64,000 nt of DNA from Parcubacteria group bacterium (GTDB lineage: Bacteria > Patescibacteriota > Patescibacteriia > UBA1558 > GWA2-36-10). The position numbers and the translations under genes are program-made. The notes under the pieces were generated by a model. That model worked only from the letters and a program-made list of their open reading frames with translations, did no database searches and was not told the DNA's origin. The DNA is taken from assembly GCA_003104935.1 (NCBI GenBank), contig PQAE01000002.1, positions 67,527-131,526 of the forward strand, read 5' to 3'. Shown in pieces: positions 39,364 through 49,218 of this stretch (its first letter is position 1; every line of letters begins with the position of its first letter).

Positions 39364-40872
39364 CTATTTCTTCAATTTTTCTTTAAGCAATCTTTCCACT
39401 ATCTGCGGATTAGCTTGGCCACGGCTTTCGGCCATGACTTTACCGATAAAAAATTTTAGCAGGGCCTCTTTGCCGGACTGATAAGCCCGTACTTGTTCTG
39501 GATACGACATGATGATTTTTATGACAAAGTCGCTCAAGGTAGCCTGATCGTCCTCCTGTAATAATTTTAAATCCTCGGCTATATGGCTAGGATCGTCGTC
39601 CACACCCTTGAACATCTCTCTAACGATAGTCCGCCCGGCTGAACTGTTTATTTTTTTTAGATAAATCAAGGATAAAAATTCGGCCATATTTTCGGCACTG
39701 ATTTTAAAATTTTTGTAGTCAAAATCTCCTTTGATCAGGGCAAAAATCTCGGTGCTGATCCAATTATAGGCCAATTTAGCCAGCTTTTCCCGGTGTTCGG
39801 CCCAGAGCTTGTCGGCGGCCGGACTATCCTGGGCTACTTTACGCTCGGCCAGAAGCCAGGCCTGTAGTTCAGACATCACTTCTTCAAAATATCCGGCCCA
39901 TTCTTTTTGGTTAATTAAAACCCGGGCGTCTTTATAATTTAACTGATACTCTCTGACAAAGCGCTCAGCTTTGGCCTGTGGTAATTCAGTCTGTTTGGCT
40001 TTGATCTCGGTCAATAATTCTTTGCTAATAATTAGCGGCGGTAAATCCGGCTCCGGAAAATAACGGTAATCGGAAGAACCCTCTTTAGTCCGCTGTAAAA
40101 CTGTCACGCCTTTATTTTCATCCCAACCTCTGGTCTCCGTGATCTTTGGTGCTTTTTTCTGATCCCAGAGTTTGCTTTGACGATCAATCTCAAATATCAA
40201 AGCCCGCTCTACGGAACGGAAAGAATTTAGATTTTTTATCTCTATCTTGGGATAAAGTTTAGCTTGACCTTGCGGTCGCAGAGAGATATTGGCATCGCAA
40301 CGTAATTGTCCTTTTTCCATGTCCGCATCACTCACTCCCAGATAACGCGCTATTAATCTTAATTCCTGTAAAAATTCTTTGGCTTCGGACGGTGTCCGGA
40401 AATCCGGCCTGGTTACTATCTCCGCTAAGGGCGCTCCCCCGCGATTAAAATCAGTCAGAGTATTTCCGCCTCGGTGGATATTTTTAGCGGCATCTTCTTC
40501 CAGATGCAAGCGCTCAATACCAAAACGTTTTCTTCTACTGTCAATATTTAAAATCAAATGCCCTTCACCGGCCAATGGCTCATCAAATTGGGAGATTTGA
40601 TAACCCTTGGCTAAGTCCGGATAAAAATAATTTTTCCGGTCAAATTTTGACCGCTGATTTATCTTACAGTTTAGTGCCAAAGCCATGGCCAGACCCTGAT
40701 GCACCGCGGCTTGATTAACCGTCGGCAGAGTGCCGGGATGACCCAGACAAATCGGACAAACCAAAGAATTAGGTGCCTGATTATCCCGATTCGCGCAAGC
40801 ACAAAACATCTTGCTCTTAGTCTTGAGCTGTAGGTGGATTTCCAAACCAATAATTGTTTCGTATTTACCCAT
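39364..40872 (-). CDS. gatB: Asp/Glu-tRNA amidotransferase subunit B
   Basis: IGLEIHLQL, FDRKNYFYPDL, LRCDANIS, YRYFPEPDL. Confidence 0.97.
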   Translation of the reverse strand: MGKYETIIGLEIHLQLKTKSKMFCACANRDNQAPNSLVCPICLGHPGTLPTVNQAAVHQGLAMALALNCKINQRSKFDRKNYFYPDLAKGYQISQFDEPLAGEGHLILNIDSRRKRFGIERLHLEEDAAKNIHRGGNTLTDFNRGGAPLAEIVTRPDFRTPSEAKEFLQELRLIARYLGVSDADMEKGQLRCDANISLRPQGQAKLYPKIEIKNLNSFRSVERALIFEIDRQSKLWDQKKAPKITETRGWDENKGVTVLQRTKEGSSDYRYFPEPDLPPLIISKELLTEIKAKQTELPQAKAERFVREYQLNYKDARVLINQKEWAGYFEEVMSELQAWLLAERKVAQDSPAADKLWAEHREKLAKLAYNWISTEIFALIKGDFDYKNFKISAENMAEFLSLIYLKKINSSAGRTIVREMFKGVDDDPSHIAEDLKLLQEDDQATLSDFVIKIIMSYPEQVRAYQSGKEALLKFFIGKVMAESRGQANPQIVERLLKEKLKK

Positions 40873-41492
40873 TATAATATTTTATCTATGGCTGTTTTGA
40901 TTTCGGCGGCAATATTTTCCACACTACCCACAGCCTTAATCACTGACCAATTTTTATTTTCCTTTGCTTGCCGCAGATAACCCTCGCGCACGGCCAGATG
41001 AAACTCTTTAGCTTCGTTATCTAGCCGGTCTTGTTTGGACTCCCGCCGACGCTCGTCGGCCTGCTCCGGAGTGATGTCTAAATATATGACCAGATCGGGC
41101 TCCAGGTCGTATTTGGCCCACTGATTCATTTCTCTTATTACTGCTAAATCTAACTGCCGCGCCGCACCTTGATAAGCAAAAGTGGACCCATCAAAACGAT
41201 CACATAGTACAATTTTATTCTGGGATAAAGCCGGTTCCACTACTTCCTTGACGTGCTGAGCGCGGGAGGCTAAAAAAAGCAATAATTCAGTGCGGCTGTC
41301 CATAGCCCCGTGTTCTTTATCCAGGATGATTGATCTTATTTTTTCGGCGATAACTGACCCGCTCCCTCCCGGCTCTCTGGTCAGCAGTATATCTTTCCCC
41401 TGGGAAATTAAATACTGCTTGGCCAGTTCAATCTGGGTGCTCTTACCGGACTTATCCCCACCTTCAAAAACTATAAATTTTCCACTGGCCAT
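40872..41492 (-). CDS. tmk: Thymidylate kinase
   Basis: FEGGDKSGKSTQ, TREPGG, CDRF..ST.AYQG. Confidence 0.95.
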   Translation of the reverse strand: MASGKFIVFEGGDKSGKSTQIELAKQYLISQGKDILLTREPGGSGSVIAEKIRSIILDKEHGAMDSRTELLLFLASRAQHVKEVVEPALSQNKIVLCDRFDGSTFAYQGAARQLDLAVIREMNQWAKYDLEPDLVIYLDITPEQADERRRESKQDRLDNEAKEFHLAVREGYLRQAKENKNWSVIKAVGSVENIAAEIKTAIDKIL

Positions 41493-41523
41493 GTCTTATT
41501 ATAATAACACAAAAAATGACATT

Positions 41524-42135
41524 TTACTGCTTATTTTTTTCTATGTGACAGTGACGGCAAAGAGGAATATAAGCCTCTGATCCGCCGACCAAGATCTTTT
41601 CCGTTGACTTGACGATGCGATGACTGCGCGAAGCCAGTTTGCCGCAACCACGGCAGACCGGATGTAATTTTTCTACAAACTCGGCTTCGGCCAGGAGCTC
41701 AGGGACTCCGGCAAAAGGCTTACCGGCGTAATCCTGATCTAAGAAAGTAACAATCACTACTTTGCCGCTGTCGGCTAATTTGCGGATATCTCTGGTTAAA
41801 TCGTCTGTTTTTAGAAATTGAGCTTCATCAATAGCTACGATATCTACCTCATTATTTTCCAGCCATCGAAATATGTCCGCCATACTACTGACATTTTGGG
41901 CATTGAAAGAAGAGCCTTTGTGGGTCACTACCTTTTCGTCATCATAGCGGTCGTCCAACTTACTTTTAAAAAGAGCAATTTTTTTTGCCGCGTCTTTTCT
42001 GACTTCATTGGTAATCTCAATACGGTTAAGCTGTTTTAAGAGCTCTTCGCTTTTGCCGGCAAACATGGCTCCGGTAATCACCCAGATAAATCCGCCCCGG
42101 CACATGACCATAGCATTGTCTAAAAAAATTTCCAT
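41524..42135 (-). CDS. tdk: Thymidine kinase
   Basis: GAMFAGKSEEL, IDEAQF, C..C and YIPLCRHC zinc motif. Confidence 0.95.
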   Translation of the reverse strand: MEIFLDNAMVMCRGGFIWVITGAMFAGKSEELLKQLNRIEITNEVRKDAAKKIALFKSKLDDRYDDEKVVTHKGSSFNAQNVSSMADIFRWLENNEVDIVAIDEAQFLKTDDLTRDIRKLADSGKVVIVTFLDQDYAGKPFAGVPELLAEAEFVEKLHPVCRGCGKLASRSHRIVKSTEKILVGGSEAYIPLCRHCHIEKNKQ

Positions 42136-42163
42136 GACCGAAAAATTTAATTATTTAAAATTA

Positions 42164-42586
42164 TTAGTAACCCGAGGAGCCTTCCCGCCCGGCACCACGG
42201 ACGGTCTGGTCCAGCTCTTTTGTTTCCGCAAAAACCGGACTTTCGTGTTTTTCTATAATCAGCTGGGCGATACGGTCGCCGGCTTTGATTTGATAATCTT
42301 CGTCGGACAAATTAATCATCGCCACTACTAATTCACCGCGATAATTGGAATCGACCACGCCGGCCAAAGTATGTAAGCCATGCTTTACCGCCAAGCCGCT
42401 CCGGTCGCGCACATTGCCCCAGTAACCTTCGGGAATGGCTATAGCCACGCCCGTTTTTAGCACTGTCCTCTGCCCGGCAGGCAATAAGACATCGTCTAAA
42501 GAGCTAACATCAAAACCGGCGTCGCCCGGATGCATAGCTTGCGGCATAGTCGCCCGATTGTCTAATTTTTTAATTTTTATCTCCAT
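42164..42586 (-). CDS. dut: dUTP diphosphatase
   Basis: DAGFD, RSGLA, GVVDSNYRGE, RIAQL, RG..GSSG. Confidence 0.95.
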   Translation of the reverse strand: MEIKIKKLDNRATMPQAMHPGDAGFDVSSLDDVLLPAGQRTVLKTGVAIAIPEGYWGNVRDRSGLAVKHGLHTLAGVVDSNYRGELVVAMINLSDEDYQIKAGDRIAQLIIEKHESPVFAETKELDQTVRGAGREGSSGY

Positions 42587-43076
42587 CTTTTACCAGTTCT
42601 ACAAACTTAAATCTGATTCCATTATACTCCTGTTTTTCTTCTTTTAATACTTGGTTAAACTCTCCGTATTCGGGAAAAAAAGTGTCGGCTGGATACACGG
42701 CATCAATCATCGTCAGATATAATTTGTCGGCATATTTTATAGCCTGACGATAGATGGATGCGCCACCGATAAAAAATATTTCGCTGTCTCCTGATTTTTT
42801 AGACCAGTTCAAGGCCTCTTCGATGGAATGAAAAACCGGACAATCCACCGGTGCAACAAAATTTTTATCCAAAGACAAGATTACATTAATGCGTTTGGGT
42901 AAGGGTTTAGAACCCAGAGACTCAAAAGTAGTCTGCCCCATAATTACTATGTGCCCGCTGGTTATTGCTTTAAAATGCTTCAGGTCATCAGGCAAGTGTA
43001 CTAAAAGCTTATTTTTGTAGCCGATGCCCCGGTCTTTGGCAATGGCGGCGATGATGCTGATAGTTGGTATGTTCAT
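42570..43076 (-). CDS. folA: Dihydrofolate reductase
   Basis: IG..N.L, DLKHFK, MGQTTFESL, IGGASIY, DTFFP. Confidence 0.95.
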   Translation of the reverse strand: MNIPTISIIAAIAKDRGIGYKNKLLVHLPDDLKHFKAITSGHIVIMGQTTFESLGSKPLPKRINVILSLDKNFVAPVDCPVFHSIEEALNWSKKSGDSEIFFIGGASIYRQAIKYADKLYLTMIDAVYPADTFFPEYGEFNQVLKEEKQEYNGIRFKFVELVKDGDKN

Positions 43077-43143
43077 ATTATTTATTTAAACCTTTCTACC
43101 CCCCCCCACCATCTCCACCTTACCAAGGGGGAGGGAGAGGGGG

Positions 43144-44040
43144 TTAAACCGCTATCGGCGCTTTAATACTGGGATAAGGATCATAATTTTCCAAGGTAAA
43201 ATCTTCGTACATAAAATCTTCAATATTTTTAATATCCGGATTTATTTTCATGGTCGGCAAACCGCGCGGTGTCCGGGATAACTGTTCTTTGACCTGATCA
43301 AAATGATTAAGATAAATATGAGTGTCTCCGTAGGTATGGACAAAAGTACCCGGTTGCAGACCGGTCACCTGCGCCACCATCATCAGTAGTAACGAATAGG
43401 AAGCGATATTAAAAGGTACGCCCAAAAAAGTATCACAAGAGCGCTGATACATTTGGACCGATAACTTGCCCTTGGCGACATAAAACTGGAAAAAGCAATG
43501 ACAGGGCGGCAAAGCCGTCAGTGGTACCTCCGGCGGATTCCAGGCGCTCACAATCAGTCGCCGGTCATTAGGTTTAGTTTTTATACGTTCAATAACTTCT
43601 TTGAGTTGATCCACACCGCCAAAATCTCGCCACTGTTTGCCGTAGCCCGGTCCGATGCTCCCCCACTTTTTAGCAAACTCCTCGTCCGCCTTAATATTAT
43701 TTATATATTCCTCCAACTTTTTATCCCAGGCCTCACTGTATTTAGGAAACTCCGTGGTCAAATTATTGAGCTCCAAATATTTTTGAAAAGGCCACTCATT
43801 CCAAATACTGACCCCGTTATCTACTAAATATCTAATATTAGTGTCGCCGTGGATAAACCAAATCAGTTCGTGAATAATTGCTTTAAGAAACATTTTTTTG
43901 GTGGTCAGTAGTGGAAAACCATCAGCCAGATCAAATCTAAGCTGGGCGCCAAAAATACTGCGCGTACCCACGCCGGTGCGGTCGTCTTTATCAACCCCTT
44001 CTTCTATAATCTTTCTTAATAGATCTAGATACTGTTTCAT
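43144..44040 (-). CDS. thyA: Thymidylate synthase
   Basis: DRTGVGT, LPPCH, YQRSCD.FLGVPFN, HIY.NH; start at ATG 44040. Confidence 0.97.
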   Translation of the reverse strand: MKQYLDLLRKIIEEGVDKDDRTGVGTRSIFGAQLRFDLADGFPLLTTKKMFLKAIIHELIWFIHGDTNIRYLVDNGVSIWNEWPFQKYLELNNLTTEFPKYSEAWDKKLEEYINNIKADEEFAKKWGSIGPGYGKQWRDFGGVDQLKEVIERIKTKPNDRRLIVSAWNPPEVPLTALPPCHCFFQFYVAKGKLSVQMYQRSCDTFLGVPFNIASYSLLLMMVAQVTGLQPGTFVHTYGDTHIYLNHFDQVKEQLSRTPRGLPTMKINPDIKNIEDFMYEDFTLENYDPYPSIKAPIAV

Positions 44041-44123
44041 AAATTTAATCCTGCACCATCCATAGCCTTGGCGAAGGATGGTCATCCATTATTTTCTTTA
44101 GTAACCGCAAATATTGCCGCATA

Positions 44124-44603
44124 TTATTTCAGACGCTCACAAAATTCACTAAGCTTATTATTCTCAATAAAATTATTAAAATCATGAGCCTTCAAAGTGG
44201 CGGCATTTTTAGTACAATAATAAAATTCACTATAGGTATCTTTTAAAATCAAATCATTTTTATTTTGACTCAGACTATCCCAATCTTCACTAGCCACATT
44301 AGCTAGCACATTTGTTTTATAAAAATCCTTCCGGCAATCATAGTGCGGCATAAAATAATAACCTTGTTCTAATTTTTGTATTGGGCCAAGTTTTCTGGAC
44401 CAACCGTCTATGTTGCCCTGCGCATTTAGCAGAAAAACCGCTTTATCGGAAAAATCATAAGGTCCCTTGAAAACATAATTACAGATTGTGCCCGGACCAG
44501 CCTTAGTATCGTCTACTACCGCCAGCCTGTGAAAACGATTATACAAAAGCCACGCCGTAGCGCTAAGCAGTATAATTATTAATAAAATTTTTAATATTTT
44601 CAT
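44124..44603 (-). CDS. Hypothetical exported protein
   Basis: N-terminal TM/signal and four Cys; AT-rich; overlaps the stop of the upstream gene. Confidence 0.65.
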   Translation of the reverse strand: MKILKILLIIILLSATAWLLYNRFHRLAVVDDTKAGPGTICNYVFKGPYDFSDKAVFLLNAQGNIDGWSRKLGPIQKLEQGYYFMPHYDCRKDFYKTNVLANVASEDWDSLSQNKNDLILKDTYSEFYYCTKNAATLKAHDFNNFIENNKLSEFCERLK

Positions 44604-45142
44604 TTCAGTAAATTATCTAATTGCCGATATAACTCTTCCGCTGAACCGTTGTTATCCACGACCACATCGGCTAACTTCATCAGAGGCGGAATATTCACTT
44701 CTGTTTCTAATTGGTGGTCGGCCAAAAACTGTTCCCAGGTCTTATTTTTGTCATCCGGATTTTCCGCACGTCTGGTCAATCTTTCATATCTAATTTTGGG
44801 ATCCGCTTCAATAGATACCAGCTTGAAACCTGCTATTTTTTTTAAATGTTCTACGTCAGCCTGACGCCGCGCGCCGTCTACGACCACGATTTTAGCATCT
44901 GATTTGGCTACATCCGCGGCCATGACCTTGGCAAAAAGGTCTTCGCCAAATCTTTCTCTGAGTAAAGTAGAAAGATTAGACATATTTTCCCGCGAATGTT
45001 CCAGATACAAACGATCCAAGACATCGCGCATAATAGTGGAGAAGCGAAAGGATTGGGCTCCGTATTTTTCTACAAAATATTTAGCCACCGTGCCTTTGCC
45101 GCTGGAAAGTAATCCTACTAATACTATTATTTTTTTAGTCAT
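44600..45142 (-). CDS. P-loop nucleotide kinase (NMP kinase / dephospho-CoA kinase-like)
   Basis: [28 protein letters not shown]. Confidence 0.8.
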
Positions 45143-45575
45143 TACTAATTATGTTTAAAGCATAAAGACACATCTGGCGGACGGCCTCCGGCATATTGGC
45201 CAAATTTTCAATCTCCTCTTTATCAAACCATTTGATATCCAGGCTCTCGTTGCTTTTTTTTACTTGATCAGTGCTGGCGGTCATTAAATAATACTGACAA
45301 TAGTGGTTATGGTCTCCGACGCTATGGACATCAGCGTGAAAGGGCAAAGGATTACTTTTGATTTCATCAGCTGTCTGCGGCAAAGAACTATAATTTACAT
45401 ATTCCGCACTTATCCCCGCTTCTTCCTGTAATTCGCGAAGCACGGCCTCATCCGGCGTCTCATCTGCTTCGATATGACCACCGGGACACAGCCATTTATT
45501 TAACTTGGTATGCAAAACTAATAATACTTTCTGATTAAAAACTACAACCGCGCCAATGGTTAAATCAGTTTTCAT
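45135..45575 (-). CDS. NUDIX hydrolase
   Basis: [24 protein letters not shown] Nudix box. Confidence 0.92.
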
Positions 45576-45577
45576 AT

Positions 45578-46075
45578 TTATTGAATAGTAAGTTTCTTAG
45601 CCGGCACAAACTGCCTATATTTTATTCCTGCGGCCTCTAACAGTTTTTTGGACGCTACCCACAAGTCAACATCCTTATATTTGTCATCCTGATACACTAC
45701 TTCCGTGATTCTGTTTTGAATTATAGCCTTGGCACAATCATTGCAGGGAAACAAATGACAATAAAGCACACTGCCCTTCACTGACTTATTGGCATTAAAA
45801 ATGGCATTTACCTCGGCATGCACGATGTAGGGATATTTGGTGTTTAGAAATTCTTTCTTTTCATAGCCGCCTTCACGATCCCAGGGAAAAGCATCTTGAT
45901 CCACGCCGCGCGGCCAGCCATTATACCCCATGCCCAAAACGATATGATTTTGATCCACGATCACGGCTCCGGTCTGGGTGCTCGGGTCTTTGGACCTCTG
46001 GGCGATCAGATCCGCCATAAACATAAAAGTTTCATCCCATGATAAGTAATCTTTTCTGGCTTCGGCCTTAGACAT
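45578..46075 (-). CDS. dCMP deaminase
   Basis: [25 protein letters not shown]; start at ATG 46075. Confidence 0.93.
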
Positions 46076-46234
46076 ATTTTTATAATTTAACTCTCTAATT
46101 TTAGCAAAATAGACTGCTTTAATCAAACTTAAAAATTGGCTTACATTAGCCAAAAAAACTTAATAATTTTTCCCGACATAGCGCCCAATCACTTTTTATG
46201 GCTTAACCCGCGAGCCCGGAGGGCTTTTACGGGT

Positions 46235-46801
46235 TTAGCCAATATTTTTGAGTATTTTAACCTTATTTTTGTAGTCCGGCACAGTCCGGGCTACGAGCTT
46301 CCAAAAACGCTGGGAATGATTCATCTCACCCAGATGACAAAGCTCATGCACAATGATGTAGTCCGCCAAATCTGCGGGTAATAAACAGAGACGATAATTA
46401 AAATTAAGATTTTTTCTGGTAGAACAAGAGCCCCAGCGTGTACTCTGATTGCGCACTGACACCCGCCGAAAAGTAAAATTATAAGTCCGATTAAAAAGCG
46501 CCAAACGCTGTTCGACCAGTTCCGTTGTTCTTTTTTTATAGATTATAATCTGTTCCGGACTATGGTGTAAACTCATCAGACCAGCGTGCTGTTTTTGTCT
46601 GGTTACATTTTCCAAAATCCACTGCCACTTCTGTTGCAAATAGCGTTGGATCAAAAAAAGTGGATACAACTTTGGCACGGTTATCTGCACCGAGGCATCA
46701 GCGCGCACAGCCAGACGGATATAGCGTAAACGGCGAACCCGCTTGATCCGATAATGAATATTTTGCCCGCCCAGACTGATTTCTTTAATTTCCGGCCCCA
46801 T
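46235..46801 (-). CDS. M48/YgjP (DUF45) metallopeptidase-like protein
   Basis: RWGSCS, YIIVHELCHL, NHS.RFW. Confidence 0.9.
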   Translation of the reverse strand: MGPEIKEISLGGQNIHYRIKRVRRLRYIRLAVRADASVQITVPKLYPLFLIQRYLQQKWQWILENVTRQKQHAGLMSLHHSPEQIIIYKKRTTELVEQRLALFNRTYNFTFRRVSVRNQSTRWGSCSTRKNLNFNYRLCLLPADLADYIIVHELCHLGEMNHSQRFWKLVARTVPDYKNKVKILKNIG

Positions 46802-47183
46802 GGTTTTCCAGATTATCCTGTAAAACTAATTGTCCGGCCTGAGTGTAAGCCCGGATCAGCCCCCCTACTCCCAGTTTAGTGCCGCCAAAATAGCGCACTA
46901 CCACTAACAGACAATCCATAATATCTTTTTTCTGCAATAAATATAATAATGGCTGGCCGGCCGAACCGCCGGGTTCGCGGTCATTATGAAATTTTTCCCG
47001 AATGTATCCATCTTCGTCAATACGGTAGGCATAAACAAGATGAGATGCATCACTGTATTTTTTTTCCAATTCAGCCAATTGCGCTTTTGCCTGTTCAATT
47101 GAAGTAATATAAAAAACCAAGCTCAAAAACTTGGACTTTTTTACTATTATTTGTCCTTGGCCCAAACCGATTATTTTCAACAT
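46785..47183 (-). CDS. YigZ/IMPACT family protein (N-terminal domain only)
   Basis: KKSKF, ASH..YAY, D.EP.GSAG.P, RYFGGTKLGVGGLIRAY. Confidence 0.9.
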   Translation of the reverse strand: MLKIIGLGQGQIIVKKSKFLSLVFYITSIEQAKAQLAELEKKYSDASHLVYAYRIDEDGYIREKFHNDREPGGSAGQPLLYLLQKKDIMDCLLVVVRYFGGTKLGVGGLIRAYTQAGQLVLQDNLENHGAGN

Positions 47184-47196
47184 CCGGTCTGCTGTT

Positions 47197-47343
47197 CTAA
47201 ATCCTATTTTTCCGACGCAACAAGCTAATACCGACTAAAATCAGAAGCACTCCCCAGGAATAACCCCAAAAACTGCCGCTGATCCAACCGGCTTGCTGGG
47301 CAATGGAAAAGGCCCCGAGGACAATAAGCAATACACCAAACAT
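47197..47343 (-). CDS. 48-aa two-TM protein (DUF5668/LiaF-TM-like), below the ORF track cutoff
   Basis: MFGVLLIVLGAFSIAQQAGWISGSFWGYSWGVLLILVGISLLRRKNRI*. Confidence 0.75.
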   Translation of the reverse strand: MFGVLLIVLGAFSIAQQAGWISGSFWGYSWGVLLILVGISLLRRKNRI

Positions 47344-47400
47344 AGAAAAAAATTAATACTTATAGCTCCATTATACAATATCGGGCTGATAAAATCCAAT

Positions 47401-47542
47401 AAAAAATAGTAGCTCTGAGGCTAACGATAAGCACCACGGAATCTGATCAGAAGATCAGAGACTGAGGTTTTGCACTCTGCCCGGCAAAAAGGAGGGGCAT
47501 CGCCGGCCAAAGACTTAACGTTAGCATCAGAGCTACCATTGA
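47401..47542 (-). ncRNA. Putative orphan sRNA with exposed anti-SD loop
   Basis: TTGACA(47577-47572)-17 nt-TAAAGT; 18-bp closing stem with one mismatch; two inner hairpins; ends in a T-run. Confidence 0.65.
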
Positions 47543-47693
47543 CTAGGCACTTTATCACCGGATTTTTACTTTGTCAAGAAAATAAGTATACCCTAGTGCT
47601 CCCGCGCTACGGGATTCATTATCTATAGTGGTCAATAGAACCACGTCCCCGCCTGCCATGCCAAGACACTGGCGGGCAGGTCGCCCCGTAGCG

Positions 47694-47726
47694 ACCCCGT
47701 TAGACGCACTGGCGTCTAACAAGGTT
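47694..47726. repeat. ACCCCGTTAGA/TCTAAC(A/G)(A/G)GGT palindromic element
   Basis: Related copies or halves at 4917-4931, 15050-15083, 15291-15323 and 22802-22811. Confidence 0.7.
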
Positions 47727-47789
47727 AATATAAACAAAAAGGGACCCGCCCGAAAGCGAGTCCCCTAAAAAAGCAGCGATTGACCGCTG

Positions 47790-47978
47790 TTAATCGTCCC
47801 AGTCCTCAGGATAGTCGTCATCTTGTTCCGGCCAACCAAGGTTCAAACCATGTAGCTCGTGGTCTTCGTCGACAGGATCTTCATCGCCGTCAACCGAAGG
47901 AATCTCTAGAGGGATCAACTCGCTGTCTTCCTCATCATCGCCGGGGAAAAAATAGATCCCAAACACAGGGATACACAA
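47790..47978 (-). CDS. Highly acidic 62-aa peptide
   Basis: GGAGGTG SD then TTG; TTGACA at 48074-48069; terminator GGGACTCGC/GCGGGTCCC-TTTTT downstream. Confidence 0.6.
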   Translation of the reverse strand: MCIPVFGIYFFPGDDEEDSELIPLEIPSVDGDEDPVDEDHELHGLNLGWPEQDDDYPEDWDD

Positions 47979-48157
47979 GTGAGCACCTCCATCAGGTTTT
48001 GAAGCCAGTCTGAATCAGGACTTAAGAAAATAACAAACAACACTAATTATTGCTCAAAATGAATACCCTGTCAATTAAAACCGATAATAAAAAACGACAT
48101 TTTTTGCCAAAAAAAACAAATAATGGTATATTCAAAATGGGTTTTTACCCGAAATAT

Positions 48158-48616
48158 ATGCCTATTTTAGCCAAAAACAAAGACCTCGGCTTTAGCTTCA
48201 AGATTCTGGACGAACTTGAAGCCGGTTTGGTTTTAAGCGGCCAGGAAGTCCGCTCGGCTAAACAGGGAAACATCAGTCTCAAAGGCGCCTTTGTTTCCAT
48301 AAAAAACGGCCGGGCCTGGCTGAAAAATATGCATATTACCGCCTATGATAAGGCTAGTCATGATCTGAAAAATTATAACCCCGACCGCGATCGGGAATTA
48401 CTTTTGCACCAGAAGGAACTGCAATATTTAGGGGCTAAAACCCAGGCTGAGGGCTTGACAATCATGCCCATTTCCGTGTATACTACGCGCAGACTTGTTA
48501 AGGTCAAAGTGGCCTTAGTCAAGGGAAAAAAGAAATTTGACAAGCGAGCGGACATCAAAAAACGAGAAATTGATCGTCGCATCGCCCAAAAGTTAAAAGG
48601 TAACTACCGAAGATAA
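48158..48616 (+). CDS. smpB: SsrA-binding protein
   Basis: EAGLVL.G.EV.S, R.RELLLH, KGKKKFDKR; start at ATG 48158. Confidence 0.95.
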   Translation: MPILAKNKDLGFSFKILDELEAGLVLSGQEVRSAKQGNISLKGAFVSIKNGRAWLKNMHITAYDKASHDLKNYNPDRDRELLLHQKELQYLGAKTQAEGLTIMPISVYTTRRLVKVKVALVKGKKKFDKRADIKKREIDRRIAQKLKGNYRR

Positions 48617-48656
48617 TGCTTTATACTTGTTACTTTTTACTTTATACTTAGCTTAC

Positions 48657-49040
48657 GGGGATGTCTTTATTCGATGTCAGATGAAGTGATTTGTGGCAAG
48701 CGGAGTCTGCTATCTCCTTAAAAAGGCTAACAAAATAAGTGCCAAAAACTTATTTGCCAAAGTCCAGGGACTGTTCGCAGTTCCGAGACTGGCCCCAGTT
48801 TTAGCATAAATTTGCTGAAACCATCTCTAGCCAGGTTCGCCTGAGACGGGCTACGGGGTGTCATTTATCGGGATAGAAATAATTCGCGCCGACCGGATTA
48901 TTTCGAAACTAAGATCGGCTGGATGATCAGTGTTTTGCTAATTTTTAAGCTGATGATCGAGAACCAAAAAATTAACTAAGCTTGTAGAAATAAATCAGGA
49001 CATTTGTCAGACAGGGGTGTAATACCCCTCATCTCCACCA
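48657..49040 (+). ncRNA. ssrA: tmRNA
   Basis: GGGGATG/CATCTCC-ACCA Ala acceptor with G3-U pair, directly after smpB; tag ORF 48741-48809 AKNLFAKVQGLFAVPRLAPVLA*. Confidence 0.93.
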
Positions 49041-49141
49041 TCCTTCGCTCGGCGTAGCCGAGCTTCGGATGGCTGAGCCATCCGAACGAGCCGCAGGCTC
49101 GAAGAAGGATGGTGTCGTCCGAAGCCTCTGGCGAAGGACGA
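49041..49141. repeat. Nested palindromic repeat cluster after tmRNA
   Basis: CTCGGC/GCCGAG, TTCGGATGGCT/AGCCATCCGAA and CGAGCC/GGCTCG hairpins; GGCGAAGGA motif also at 44056-44081. Confidence 0.65.
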
Positions 49142-49218
49142 TAAATGAATTAACATTTATATTCTCCCACTCCCTACAAGGACAGGGAGAACGCCAAAAA
49201 ATAAATTAATAAAAAACT

